A DNA stretch of 64,000 bases, taken from Tubiluchus corallicola. Lineage: Eukaryota > Animalia > Priapulida. Location of the stretch: the NCBI GenBank assembly GCA_030141605.1, contig JAQGDQ010000391.1, positions 62,001 through 126,000 of the forward strand. The letters run 5' to 3'. Under the pieces are notes generated by a model. That model was given only the letters and a program-made list of their open reading frames with translations, searched no databases and was not told the origin of the DNA. Each line of letters opens with the position of its first letter. Positions within the stretch are counted from its first letter, which is position 1. The position numbers and the translations under genes were made by a program. This document shows positions 1 to 12,628 of this stretch, piece by piece.

Positions 1-3000
1 CATAATTGTAACACTGTAGTAACTTTCGTTCTGAGTGTCACATTCATGCTGTTGTGAAATTGAGAAAGAGAGATACTACTTTCTCTGTCTGTGGGACAGT
101 TGTTAATGTGCTTCAACCGGAAATAAACGGTCTATAGGTATATGGAGACCACTGCCATAGTGGTGTGTTGGTTATGAATTAAGTTGATGTCATTGCTCAT
201 TCAGTAAATAAGTTCATCTCATGGATGCTGGTACGTAACGTATTACGGGCATTATGGACATTTGGTGACTAGGAGATTTGGTGACTAAACTGCCCGGACA
301 CCGTATGGAAAGCTTCAATAATACAAACGAAGAGGAAATCTGGACAATGGACAATGCGACGCAGCTTTGAATAGCGTTTCCCCAAAGAAGTTGATTAAGG
401 ATGTTCCTTTTAAGGATCACATGTGCTAAAATAAAAAAATCGTTATATCCCAAGGCTCGAGATATATTACTAACCGAACTCTGTACTTTACTAATTCCTC
501 CTAATATTAGAATTTATAATCTGTGAACAAATGAACTCGTTTATCTGTCTTTTTCTTGGTAACCAACACAACTGTTAATATTCAATTTATTTAAGCTTCT
601 ACAGAAATTCATATTTCTAACTAACCGCTTCTAATCATTGTATTGGTTTATATTGATTACATAGTAATATTAATGTTTTTCTCAACATTATGCTACTATG
701 TACGTGTCTATACTGTTAGTAATCATACTGTAATGCTTCTACTGTTTGTCTATTGTCTGCATTCTACTAAGTGTGACGTTTCATTGACAAGAACAGTTAT
801 CAGTTGTTAAAAACTGTCTGTTCAAGCAATATTGCAACATTTTTATTCAGAAAAAAACATGTTTAAACAAAAATAAAAAACTATGGAATGGAACGAACTC
901 GAACAAATGTTGGCGAAAAAAGATCTTCTTACACCATCAAGAAAACTTTGTGCCACGAAGAATTAGCAAACTTTTTTGAATAACGTTGAATTAAGTATGT
1001 CAGTACCAGAAGAGCTCACTAAGCAGTGAAATGCTTATTTCCATACAAGGTTTATTCAATTTGCTCGAACTTACGATGCTACCAACGCACTAATGACGGT
1101 TGTGACGCAGGGCAAAAAACAGTTAAATCCAGTCAAAGGAGCGCATGAAATTTCATTAATACGCAGCCAACCAAACATTTTTTTCATGGTAAAAATTAAC
1201 GTAGCAAATAATTGTACATTTAAACAAAATTGTGAATAATTTATTAATAAAATCATAGATAACTGAATTAAAAATCAAAATCATTCAATCAGCTCTCATG
1301 TTTTGTGTATTGAAAGAGGGAGTTTCGTTAAACCTAGAAAAATCCCGGCTGAGAATCGTATATTCCAAGAAATGAAGTGGAAGACGAATTACACTTTGTT
1401 GTAAAATGTCCATATTACAATGATCTTAGAGGAAAATTATATAACCTCTTGAATGTACTTATACCAGAAATTTCCTTTATGAGCGCTGCTGCTAAAGTTT
1501 TATTCCTGATGGAAAGTAATGATTTAGAAGTAATTAAGTATTAGAAGCAATAGAAGTATTAGAAGTAATTAAGCAACATATATTGATTATGTTGAAAAAG
1601 TGTTTTTAAGATACGATGAACAATATACTATGTAATGATCATATCAATGAAAATGAGGCCTAATGAATGACAATTCATTTTAAATACTAAACAATAAACT
1701 TTTCATTTAAATAACTAATATATAACTAACGGGAAGATTTAATAATATTTGCCTTATTAATGGTTGTCTTGTTTGTCTATAGTGTCATTATATTTCAAAA
1801 TTGAAATTCTATGTATGTCTTGCTTTGTTTGTCTTTTTAATACTAATAAACTTATCTAAATATCTAGGTAAAAAGAGAACTCATATTCATCACTGTTATT
1901 TTTATAATTTTTCTTATTTTTGTGACGAAAGCATCTTTTTTGAAATAGAAAAACAACAGAAGCTGCAGCAAGACCACCATCACCAGCAGTAGCGACAACG
2001 ACAGTAACATCGACAACGGCAGCAGTTGCAGCAGCGACACCAAGAACGGTAACAGCAGCAGCATAGTGAAAAAACTGTCAGTTTGCAAAATGAGAATAAT
2101 TTTTTGCTTGTTTGGTGTGAACAGTATCAATGGTAAGAAAACATTTTCAATGTGAAATGGTGGCCTACATCTCAAGAGCTTTAGACATCAACCTTGATTG
2201 GTTTCAAGGAATTCACGCCACTTCAAACTCAGGCGTGACAAAGGTTTAGGCGTGTTACTGTGATGATCTAGTTTTTCTACGTCAAGCTGTTTTGTTTCTT
2301 TCTTGGAAAGTGTTATATTTTCTATGTTAATTCTCGTGTTATTCTTTCACAAAAATTTCATTGCAAACATCAAGACCAGCTTGAATCTTTTGTACGATTT
2401 AAATATTCCCTTCATTGAACTGCTACAGGCAGTGCAATTGTTATTCCAAGAGGTTGTCAAAGGAACTTTCGCCTTGATCTTTGTCCAGTATAAATACTAA
2501 GAACATTAAGCTTTGTTTACATTTTGCATAAAATTATAATTGTTATTTTCCGAAAAAGATTTGTGTTTAATATTTATAAGAAAAACATCTTCATGGCGTG
2601 GTTATCGCTATAATAAGTTAATGCTGATGATGATGATAATAAGTCTTTATTAGCCTCTTTTTGCTGGCATTAACATTAAACAATTTTACATTTGGTGAAT
2701 TCTACATTATTACATGTCATGTATTCTGTAGTTAGTTTTTTTAATGATACGTAAAATAGTATTTACGGTGATGTTAAACAAGGAGTATTAGAGCGAGCGC
2801 TATGATAAAGAATTTTAAGTTCAGGATTAAAGATACACGAGCTGCTGTTAGTTCAATTATAATATTAGTACATGGCGCTGTACTAAGAATATTGAGCTTT
2901 TTTCACATTTAACATAAGTCACAATTCTCATTATATGAAAAAAAAATTGTAATTAATATTTATAAGAAATTTTATAGATAAATATTTATATTTATCTTCA

Positions 3001-4552
3001 CGCGTGATAATTAAAAGATTATGCTTAAAGAATTTAAAGTTCAATATTAAAGCTACCCCGGTGTTTGTTAGTTCAATAATAATATTAGGTTGTTGCAACA
3101 AGGTTGTTGCGAGTAAATTGTGGATAATATAGTGACTATTGCTACAGTAAGCAAGGAACTTCAGAAGCTCATAATCCCTTACTAGAGCCTATTACAGAAA
3201 AAGTAGTTCTAAAATTCGTAGTTGGTTGATAATGTTAATAATTTCGCAATTTTATTTCACATTTTGAAATACTGCATGCAAAAATTATAATAAGGTATTT
3301 TAACCTTACTGACAATTTCATTAGAGCAAAATTCGACAAGCGTTTTGTTTTTTTTCGAGAAAATTTAATATTTTTGTTGTTTGCCAAAGTCGCATACCTG
3401 TAGCCAGCAAAACTATAATCTGACCATTAATTTGTTTAAATGAAAATTGAACTGTACCTTATGTATACTAAACGTACATACTTCAAATGTACGCTAATCA
3501 CTATAATTATTTATATGAGTCACACTTATAAGTAAATAAATTACTATATATAATTAATTATTTTATTATGTAAAAAAGAATTAGATAAACAGAGATATCA
3601 ATGCTTATACTGAAGAAATGACTAAAGTAACTCGCCAGATGGTTACAGACGTCTAGAGCCTCAGTTTATGTGACACGTTCTGTTGAAATGCATCTGATGA
3701 ACTAAAAGCAGGCAGGTATGCCCACCTTTCCATGCCCGCCAACCGTGTCTGTGACCAGGTATGTTTCATACCTGTACGCCTCCGAAAATACCTGAACAGG
3801 TACGTAATGAAGGCCAGCGGACATGTTGGCAGCGTCTGAATAACCGAGTTTCACAAAATGTCTTCGTAGAATTCTTACTGATTCAAATCATACACAGGTA
3901 AGTTGAACTTATCAGTTTTCTTAATTAGTACAGGTAATTTAATTAGCGAAAGTGATTGTAACAGTGACTAAATTACTAAACAATGTTATGTACTAAAGCC
4001 ATTAATATGACTAGTGCTATAAGTTTTTGCAATTTACGCATAGAGTTCCAGTCTACCAGAAATCCAAAAAATTGTAAGGCGCATGTAGCTTTGAAACGAT
4101 TGTTACGTCTTAAATACGTTCTCTATAAATCGAAGCATGTTCCGTTATTTAATGGTATATAGTCGTTATGGTTTTACATAATATGCATGTAAATGCAATT
4201 AATATTAGTATAATACAATTAGCGCAGCAGTGTTTAAATTACGATATAGTATTACGTATTAAAATCATTTTATGACTACTGTTATCAGCTTTTGCAATTC
4301 GCGCATGGGGTCTCTCTTTCTACTAGAAATCAAAAAATTTTGATACTATTAACGGTATCGATGAATGTATGTGTTTTTAGAAAACTTTCATTCGCTTATT
4401 TTTGTGTGATAATAGTGATGCTTTTCTATTTTGTTATTTTTATTTATTTTATTGAAAAGCAAATCTATATATTCCTGTATATAATCTCCATTACATTTTT
4501 GTAAGCTGAAAAACATACAGCATTATATATCTGCGTGTTAATTCAGCTGATA

Positions 4553-5124
4553 AAGCGTTAGAGACTTTCCTGGCGTTAGATAAACGCACATTTAATGCGT
4601 TAGAGACTTTCCTGGCGTTAGATAAACGCACATTTAATGCGTTAGAGAATTGCTCTAGCGTTAGAGAAACGCACATTTAATGCGTTAGAGAATCTGATCA
4701 GCGGTAGAGAAACGCACATTTAATGCGTTAGAGATCGCCCTAGCGTTAGAGAAACGCACATTTAATGCGCTAGAGAATCGCCCTAGCGTTAGAGAGAACG
4801 CGCATTTAATGCGTTAGAGATCGCCCTAGCGTTAGAGAAACGTGCATTTAACGTGCTAGAGAATCTGACCAGCGGTAGAGAAACGCACATTTAATGCGTT
4901 AGAGAATTGCCCTAGCGTTAGAGAAACGCACATTTATTGCGCTAGAGAATCGCCCTAGCGTTAGAGAAACGCACATTTAATGCGCTAGAGAATCGCCCTA
5001 GCGTTAGAGAATCTGACCAGCGTTAGAGAAACGCACATTTAATGCGTTAGAGAATTGCCCTAGCGTTAGAGAAACGCACATTTAATGCACTAGAGAATCG
5101 CTCTAGCGTTAGAGAATCGCCCTA
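4553..5124. repeat. ~43-bp minisatellite (tagcgttagagaaacgcacatttaatgcgttagagaattgccc)
   Basis: About a dozen head-to-tail variant copies read directly. Confidence 0.9.
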
Positions 5125-5499
5125 ATGGGAGAAAATCAAATTTCCAAAAGGTTTCCAGGCTGCAAATAGCGATTTTTATGTAGTTACTAATGTACTGAAG
5201 CTGACATGAATAAAAAAGGTTTTATTTGCAAAGGTTTGTAACGGTGCAGAAATTTAAGTTTGTCGGGCAGGAAAGACTGTTGAACTTATAACATCACATT
5301 CAAGATTAAATGCATTGCAAGCTAAAGACTTGAAGTAATAGCCTAGTTAAAATTAATGATAAATTAATTATGTTAATTTGATAGTTTTCCACTAAACAAT
5401 GCCGTATTTACATGCGTACAGTCTGAGACTCATTGTAATTTATAGATAAATAAGCAAATCCTACTAAACAGTTTTTGAGCATTAATCCAAAGACAACCA

Positions 5500-6265
5500 C
5501 CAAATCACACCGAATCTACAATAACAATCCACACCCACACCATACCACAAGAACATTTGCACACCCACACCATACCTAAAGAACAATTGCACATCCACAC
5601 CCACACCATACCACATGAACAATTGCAAACCCACACCCACACCATACCACATGAACAATTGCACACCCACGCCATACCACACTAACAACCCACACCACAC
5701 TACACCAAACCTACACTACTTCCCCACAATAACAATCCATACCCACATCATACCACAAGAATAATAACACACCCACACCATACCTAAAAACAATTGCACA
5801 CCTACACTCACACCATACCACAAGAACAATCACACACCCACACCATACCTAAAGAACAATTGCATACCCACACCCACATCACACCACAAGAACAATTGCA
5901 CACCCACACCCACATCATACCACAAGAACAATTGCATACCCACACCATACCACAAAAAAATTGCACGCCCACACCTACTCCATACCACAAGAACAATTGC
6001 ACACCCACACCCACACCATACGACAAGAACAATTGCACACCCACACCCGCACTATACCTAAAGAACAATTGCAGACCCACACCCACACCATACGACAAGA
6101 ACAATTGCACACCCACACCAACAAGCCACACCACACTACACCAAACCAACACTACATCCTCACAGTAACAATCCATACCCACATCATACCACAAGAACAA
6201 TTGCACACCCACACCATACCATACCAACAACCCACATCACACCACACTGCATTACAACAACAACT
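5500..6265. repeat. ~30-36-bp CA-rich minisatellite (cacacccacacccacaccataccacaagaacaattg)
   Basis: Tandem variants; explains the spurious H/T-rich and GVGV ORFs. Confidence 0.9.
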
Positions 6266-6344
6266 CAGAATATTTCTACAAGCAAAATGAATGTAATTTC
6301 TTAGATTCAGATGTTTTGAAAATATCGTTTACTGTACTGTACAA

Positions 6345-7655
6345 ACATTTAAAAAGTAATCCTCATATACAGATTGTACTTAGCGCATTTTGAATAATGT
6401 TACAGCCTTTACCTCAATGGTGATGATAGTGGTGTCATCAGTTATCACAATTATTATTAATTCCCGTCTACATATGTATGCAGACTATTTTAAATACAGC
6501 ATAGTGCAGTGCGCAAAATAGTCCTATCTACTGCCAAACTTGAAAAACACTTTGAATGTTTTGACTAATGTTGCTGCTTTGGTAGCAATACTGAGCAAAT
6601 TTGGGCAATTAACTGTTGTACATTTCTGTCTGATGGTAATTAAATTCCAGCCTCTTGCTATTTTGGTTCATACGCTCGCTGCAATGTTACATGGCTTCAA
6701 CTATATATGTTGCGTACCACTGTAGTTCATTGTACGATGTACATTACACCATGCTTGCTTTTTCAAGTTTATATCAACGACGATAATTTGAAAATAAAAA
6801 TAATACCAATTTCATTTTGATTAACTGTAAGTTACAATGAGCTTTCTGCAAACCCGTTCAAAGAATTTACAACATTATTCAAATGCAGTAAAATTATTAC
6901 TATTCTTAACCTTTTCATAACTTCAAAACTTGTAATGCATTTTTCTTGTCCTAAACCTTTTTTGGATCTAATGAGGTGTAAAGTTTGTAGAGTAATCGGA
7001 CAATGAAAATGGTTTTGTTTCTATCCTCCGTAAGTTTCTTATTGAAATTTCGAAAATTGAAATTTTGCAGTAGATAGGCCTATTTTGCATACTGCACTAT
7101 GCTGTAGTTAAAATAGTCTGCATACATATGTAGTAGGGAATTAATAACAATTGTGATAACTGATGACACCCACCACCATCACCATCACTGTCATCGTCGT
7201 CATCATCATCATCATTATCATCACTCATCGTCATCACCATCATCATTATTATTATAATCCTTTTAGTTGCTCACAAATACAAACTATACTACAGTATGTA
7301 CAAGTGTTGCCTTCTAGGACCCCAGCAAAATTAAGTGCCAAACCCTTCCACATTATAAACAATCGTCGTCTTTGTCGTTGTGGTCGTCATCATCATCTTA
7401 AGGTCATTGCGTCTATTACAGACATTATAGAATCGTGTAATTAAAGAAAACTGCTCTAAAAACAGGTATATACAAGTCAGGGCCAGTTCTATTAAAAACT
7501 GAGCTAATGAGCTAAGATATTATGTGATTGAAACTTAAGTACCATCACTTGGAAATGTACAACAGTTAATTTCGTAACATTGAGACCAAGGTAACAACAT
7601 TATTCAAAATACGCAAAGTACAATCTGTATATCAAGATGACATTTTAAAGAAGGT
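6345..7655. mobile_element. Long inverted-repeat (foldback/MITE-like) structure
   Basis: 6416-6540 is the near-perfect reverse complement of 7060-7187; 6365-6401 pairs with 7596-7632. Confidence 0.6.
7165..7255. repeat. (CAT/CAC/CGT)n trinucleotide tract
   Basis: Read directly. Confidence 0.85.
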
Positions 7656-8020
7656 TTATGCTTCTTAATACACAACATCACTATGCTTTTGTCAGCACAA
7701 CTTCCGTCATAATCCTGGAAGCAGGGGAAATCTTCGAACTGTAAAGTAGACACATCGCCTGTTACTGATTATCGGCAGGATAAGCCTGGTGATAAATCAG
7801 TTAAAGGTCTACCCCGTACAGCATGCCTTTATCCTTATGACAATCTCGGGTTCCTGCAGATTTGGAGGTTTAAAACTGGTTCTCATAGCAGAACTCAACA
7901 CACCTCTCCCTCAGGACATTGACAGCAAGTTTGCTTATATGAGATGCATCAGTAATTTTTGTTGATCGACCAGTAGATTCGATGCTACAGTTATACAAGT
8001 AAATGAATGTACAGTTGTAC

Positions 8021-8062
8021 TGTGTGTGTATGTGTGTGTGTGTGTATGTGTGTGTGTGTGTG
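8021..8062. repeat. (TG)n microsatellite
   Basis: Read directly. Confidence 0.9.
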
Positions 8063-8418
8063 GGGGGGGTTAACATACGATTAATTTCATTCAAGTCATT
8101 TTATTTTGAAGCATTTCAAGTTGCAAAACGGCAAAAATGAGATACGATTAATTACGATTTGATATGAGTGAATCTTCTTTTGAATGTTTTTTTACTAAAA
8201 TTGCCCCAAACTAGGGCATCCAAGGTCAAGCGTTTTAGGGGAAAACTTAAATTATCAACGTTTTACTCATCTCACTAAAAATGAAGCAATAAGCCGTACT
8301 GCGCATTAAAGCTGAACTTTTATAACTATAATCAAATCAATGTGAATTCGTTTTGCACAGCAGTATAAATTTCAATCTTTTGTTTAGCAACATTTGCTCG
8401 TCCTTTAATTTACTTACC

Positions 8419-8700
8419 CATTCATTCATTCATTCATTCATTCATTCATACATTCAATCACTTGTTCCCTCATTCACTTATTCGTTCATTCATTTATTTA
8501 TTAATTTATTCACTCATTATTCATTCATTCATTCATTCATCCATTCAATCACTTGTTCACTCATTCACTTATTCGTTCGTTCATTCATTCATTCATTCAC
8601 TCATAATTCGTTCATTCATTCATTCACTCATTATTCATTCATTCATTTGTTCATTCAGTCATTCATTCATTTACTATTTATCCACCATTTTCTTCATTCG
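8419..8700. repeat. (TTCA)n degenerate microsatellite
   Basis: Read directly. Confidence 0.9.
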
Positions 8701-9010
8701 TTTATTAGTTCTCATGTTTCATTCGTTCACTCGTTATCTTTCATGTCTATTTTTGTTCACTCTTTTTTGTTCCTTCGTTGACTCATTTATCCAATTAGTC
8801 AATGTTCATTTATTTGTCACTCATTTTTTTAATTTTTCCTTTTCTTCTCCAATTTATGCGTGTGCAATGTAGCTGAATCTTAGTTTAAAATTGAAACATG
8901 TACATTATGTGCAGCTTAAAATGCCACGAAACGTAGTGCTTGTTGAAGTTTAGTGTAATTAATTGAAATGTTTGTTGCGTAAAGAAAGTTTATATATGTG
9001 TTTTATAATT

Positions 9011-9125
9011 GACCAGACGGTTTAGTCTAGTGGTAATGCGTCTGCTTTCCGTCTGGCAGGTCGTGAGTTCGAACCAGCGGCTGTGTCATACCAAAGACTT
9101 TAAATTATTATTATTATTATTATTG
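9011..9125 (+). mobile_element. Truncated tRNA-derived SINE head
   Basis: A box tagtctagtggta, B box gagttcgaacc, then gtcataccaaagactttaaa and a (TTA)n tract; no proper tRNA acceptor stem. Confidence 0.6.
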
Positions 9126-11007
9126 CAAAAATAGAGCAACTGTGAGGACTTTTTCAGCATAAGGAGAAAAAGCACAGTAGAAAAACAGTGGAAAGTTCCA
9201 GTACAATGTAATAACAAAATTCAATTACAGCAATTTTTAGCACATTGAATGATATGATATAATGTGATAGTGTACTGGCTGTGCAACCTGTGCGACCGAT
9301 GTACACATCTGCTGCAACTACCCAAATGAGACTGTCTTTCACTTCGTAAGCGCCTTTTGGGTGCTAGAAAAATCTGGTGGATTCAATATTTCCTTCACTC
9401 AGACCCCAACAGTTTTCATCTCCGAATGTCCAATTGTGTTGAAATTTGGCTGGATTAGTTAGGACGCCTCTGGCTCAAAAGTGAAAATTCCAGCGATTCC
9501 TTCGTTAATTAGTTAACTATTTAGAGTTGTTTAATTAAGTAATTTTAAAGTGGCTAAATGAAAGCTACAGAAGTGTACGGCATAAAAATATCTTATGACA
9601 TTTCGTGAGTTTTTTCAATCCTTTACTTGACTGCTTTCACGTGGATTATAAATTACATTTGTTTACTGCATGTGTTGTTGTAATCCATTGTAATTTCCTG
9701 TTGTAATCGTGCGGTCGATTATTTACTGATTTTCCATTAACCGTAATGATTATGATACGAGCATGAAATGCCCTTAAATAATTCATGCGCCGCTAGTGCA
9801 GTGCTATTGATTGCAATTACGTGATCTTGTTAACTTTAATTAGAGTCGGCGCCATCTATTGTAACTTTAATTAATTAATTAAACCGGAATTTTGAGCAGT
9901 TTACATACTAGCCATGCAAGCATAAAGGACAAGTTTATAACCTATAGACCTACCATTTCCTTTTAACAACAAACGAAACAAAAGCAAATAAGAATTATTT
10001 TTAGTGACTTATAGAACTATCTTGTTTGTCAAATAAATAATAACTTTTTTGTCAAATAAATTTTTCAAAATCAAATTTTAATTGACGATCGGTTTTCGAA
10101 CAATTACTTCTCATTCCAAGACCAGAAAGTAAAAAAAATTACCAGAATGCAAAAACAACTTATAGAAGTTACAATTTTTGTTAGCAAAATATTGTTTGAT
10201 TTATACAAATAATTGGAAAACTTTCCTCTGCTTTCTAGATGCTTTCTAAAAACCAACTGACATTGTTCGAAACCAGTCTAGAGTAGAATTTTGTTTTGAG
10301 GTGTTTCTCTGGCTTTTACTCTGACCTGTAACCATCAACAACACAATTTAAGCGTTCTTTGGACAAACAAAAAGCACAGGAAGATATCTACTCAGTTCTG
10401 CAAAATTCTGTTACAAAGAAAGTCGTTCACAATTCACAGAGTTTGATATATCCATGCCGGCAGAACAGGTGAAAGGTAGCAAGAGTCACGTACAAACCAT
10501 GGAAACTTTACATGTGTGAAAGTTGTAACTGTATATTTTAGGTGCTGCCATCTATTGATTAGTTACTTTAACATTTACTAGTTAAACTCACCCTTAGTAC
10601 AATTGCTCGGTCCAGTGAATATGCAAACTCACTGGATCTCCCCTATTTTACTGTAATGGGATATGTGAAGCCAAGTTTTTGCATAGTTCTCTACCTATAC
10701 AAACTGATAAACTGCTAGATTTCACTTCTAGCCACTGTCAAATTCTTCGTGATCAGTGCAGGACACTCTGGTCCTCAGTGTAGTTTAGCAGTCATGTTAT
10801 ATATAACTATGTAGTGTAATAAAAGTGTTTCAGTTTTTGTGCAAACATGTAATATGGTGTTCAGTTGTTTTCTACAAGTGTTCAACTTCACAACATGCTA
10901 AATTACTTAGAAGTACAGTAATGGACAAAACCATTGCAATACTGAAGGGGTATACTTAAAAAAACTGGCTTCAGTACAATAAAAAGTTATAATTCGACAA
11001 TAAAATC

Positions 11008-11482
11008 AGTGGCGGTTGGTAGCTAAGATTAGTGGCGGTGCTGCAAAATTTTTAGCCATTGTTTTAATACTGTGTAAAATTAAACAAACATGTGTAATTC
11101 TAATGATGTTATTGTATGTTTAAACATACAAACTAATTTAAACTTAAGCTTAATAAACTCCTAAACAAAAGATATTGTTTTCTTACGAATAGCCTAAATT
11201 GTCGCAGTTCAGGAATGTACTGATACACGGCTTTTAAACACGCGACAACTGACAACACGTGCTACAGTGAGGAACACAGTACGCTTCTACCTAGTACAGC
11301 GTCTACATGCGCACAGCAGCCAAACACCACGTTGATTTGAGCTGCCAAACAAATTGTATTTCCCTAACAGGCACAAGTATAATGAAAAAAACTAATAAAA
11401 AGACTTATTATATTGAATATTATCGATAATAATGAGTGAAAACAGGGGGTGCTGCAGTACTACAACACATATACACGAGCCA
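11008..11482. mobile_element. Degenerate non-autonomous DNA transposon (hAT-like MITE)
   Basis: Starts cagtggcggttgg, internal repeated ggtgctgca, ends acacgagcca; TIR is imperfect. Confidence 0.35.
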
Positions 11483-12426
11483 ATATACATCGTAGTAACG
11501 CTCTATGAGTAACGCCCCTATCCTATTATTATGTATTTTTTGCTACAGAGCTCCACACAAATCTTTTACATTAAATTTTATGCAACGCAAATGACTAAGC
11601 CTGTTCAACTGTACACTCATGTCAGGTAACTCCAAACGGACATCTGTTGCAGTTGGCTATTATCATTTCTATAGGGAATTCGTCATAATAAACTCACATT
11701 TTCTGTGTCTACATACCCGATAGAAACTTTATCGAGTGATATGAGTACTGCGGAAGTGTTTTGAAGATTATAAAACGGTGTTAAATAATTACAGTGTTCA
11801 ATCACAGAACGTCTTTTCGTGATTGGGGGAGAGGAACTGACGTCACTCGACGGTCACCATGATCGCGAACTAAAATCATTAATTTGTAGTGTACAGCGCG
11901 TTCTACAATCAAAAGCCCATTGTATACAGTACGAACAGTGTCCAACACGGGTGGTTTAGTTTGTACTTTTATATTTTGTCTCGTCACGTGATGTCTAAAA
12001 AATATTTTCAAAAATTAGGCCGCTTATTCAAAGACTCTAGCGAAACGTACTGGGCGTGTATACTGGGCGTGTATTAGACTGCGACAACAGTGACGTCACT
12101 TTAGAAAGAGACTTTTTCCTTGCTTGACTGTAACTGAAACTCCCTGCTCTGTTGTCGCTCACATAGAAAGAATAGGGCAGAAATTATTTGGTTGGTTGCT
12201 AAGATCTGTCCGGACATCTTGGTCCACCATCTTGTTACTAGCCGTATTTCAAAATGCAGTTTTTTCTCGCAGTTTGACTTAGTTACAACAATCTGAGAAT
12301 CACAGTAATTACACTGACATTTGAAGTTTAATTATACTCAAGTATATACCTTTGTGTCTGTTGAGTCAGTTACTCTTCATTGCATTGTTTAACTTCAGGA
12401 AGCTCTGAATTGTTTCAAGTGAAATC

Positions 12427-12628
12427 ATGAACTCTGGAGTGTACGACATGGGCATGGTGCCCCGGAACATGTATAACACGCTGGAGTTACAAGGTGTTCG
12501 ATACGTCAAGGACGAAGGATCTTGGTACGATTTTGTTCTGTGCAAACGACCAGTGAAGAGGCTCGTGTTGAAAGATGTCAGCATGGAGGTTCGTAGCGGG
12601 GAGGTCATGTGTGTCATGGGGTCAGCAG
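12427..12628 (+). CDS. ABCG5: ABCG5-like coding exon 1 (only intact copy)
   Basis: ATG at 12427; MNSGVYD...VLKDVSMEVRSGEVMCVMGSA-G, first half of Walker A; donor gtaagt at 12629; AG acceptor-like site at 12397-12398. Confidence 0.85.

Noticed and set aside
4553-5124. CRISPR array
   Set aside because: No unique 25-45 nt spacers, linkers recur, no cas genes, eukaryotic context
5482-6290. H/T/P-rich and GVGV-rich ORFs
   Set aside because: Translations of a minisatellite, open in several frames and on both strands
8353-8872. HSFI-repeat ORFs
   Set aside because: (TTCA)n microsatellite artefact
9011-9085. Functional tRNA gene
   Set aside because: A and B boxes present but no convincing cloverleaf or acceptor stem; context fits a SINE head
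7870-9342. Minus-strand exons of a head-to-head partner gene such as ABCG8
   Set aside because: ORFs 7870-8094 and 9154-9342 show no ABC motifs and no consistent exon chain
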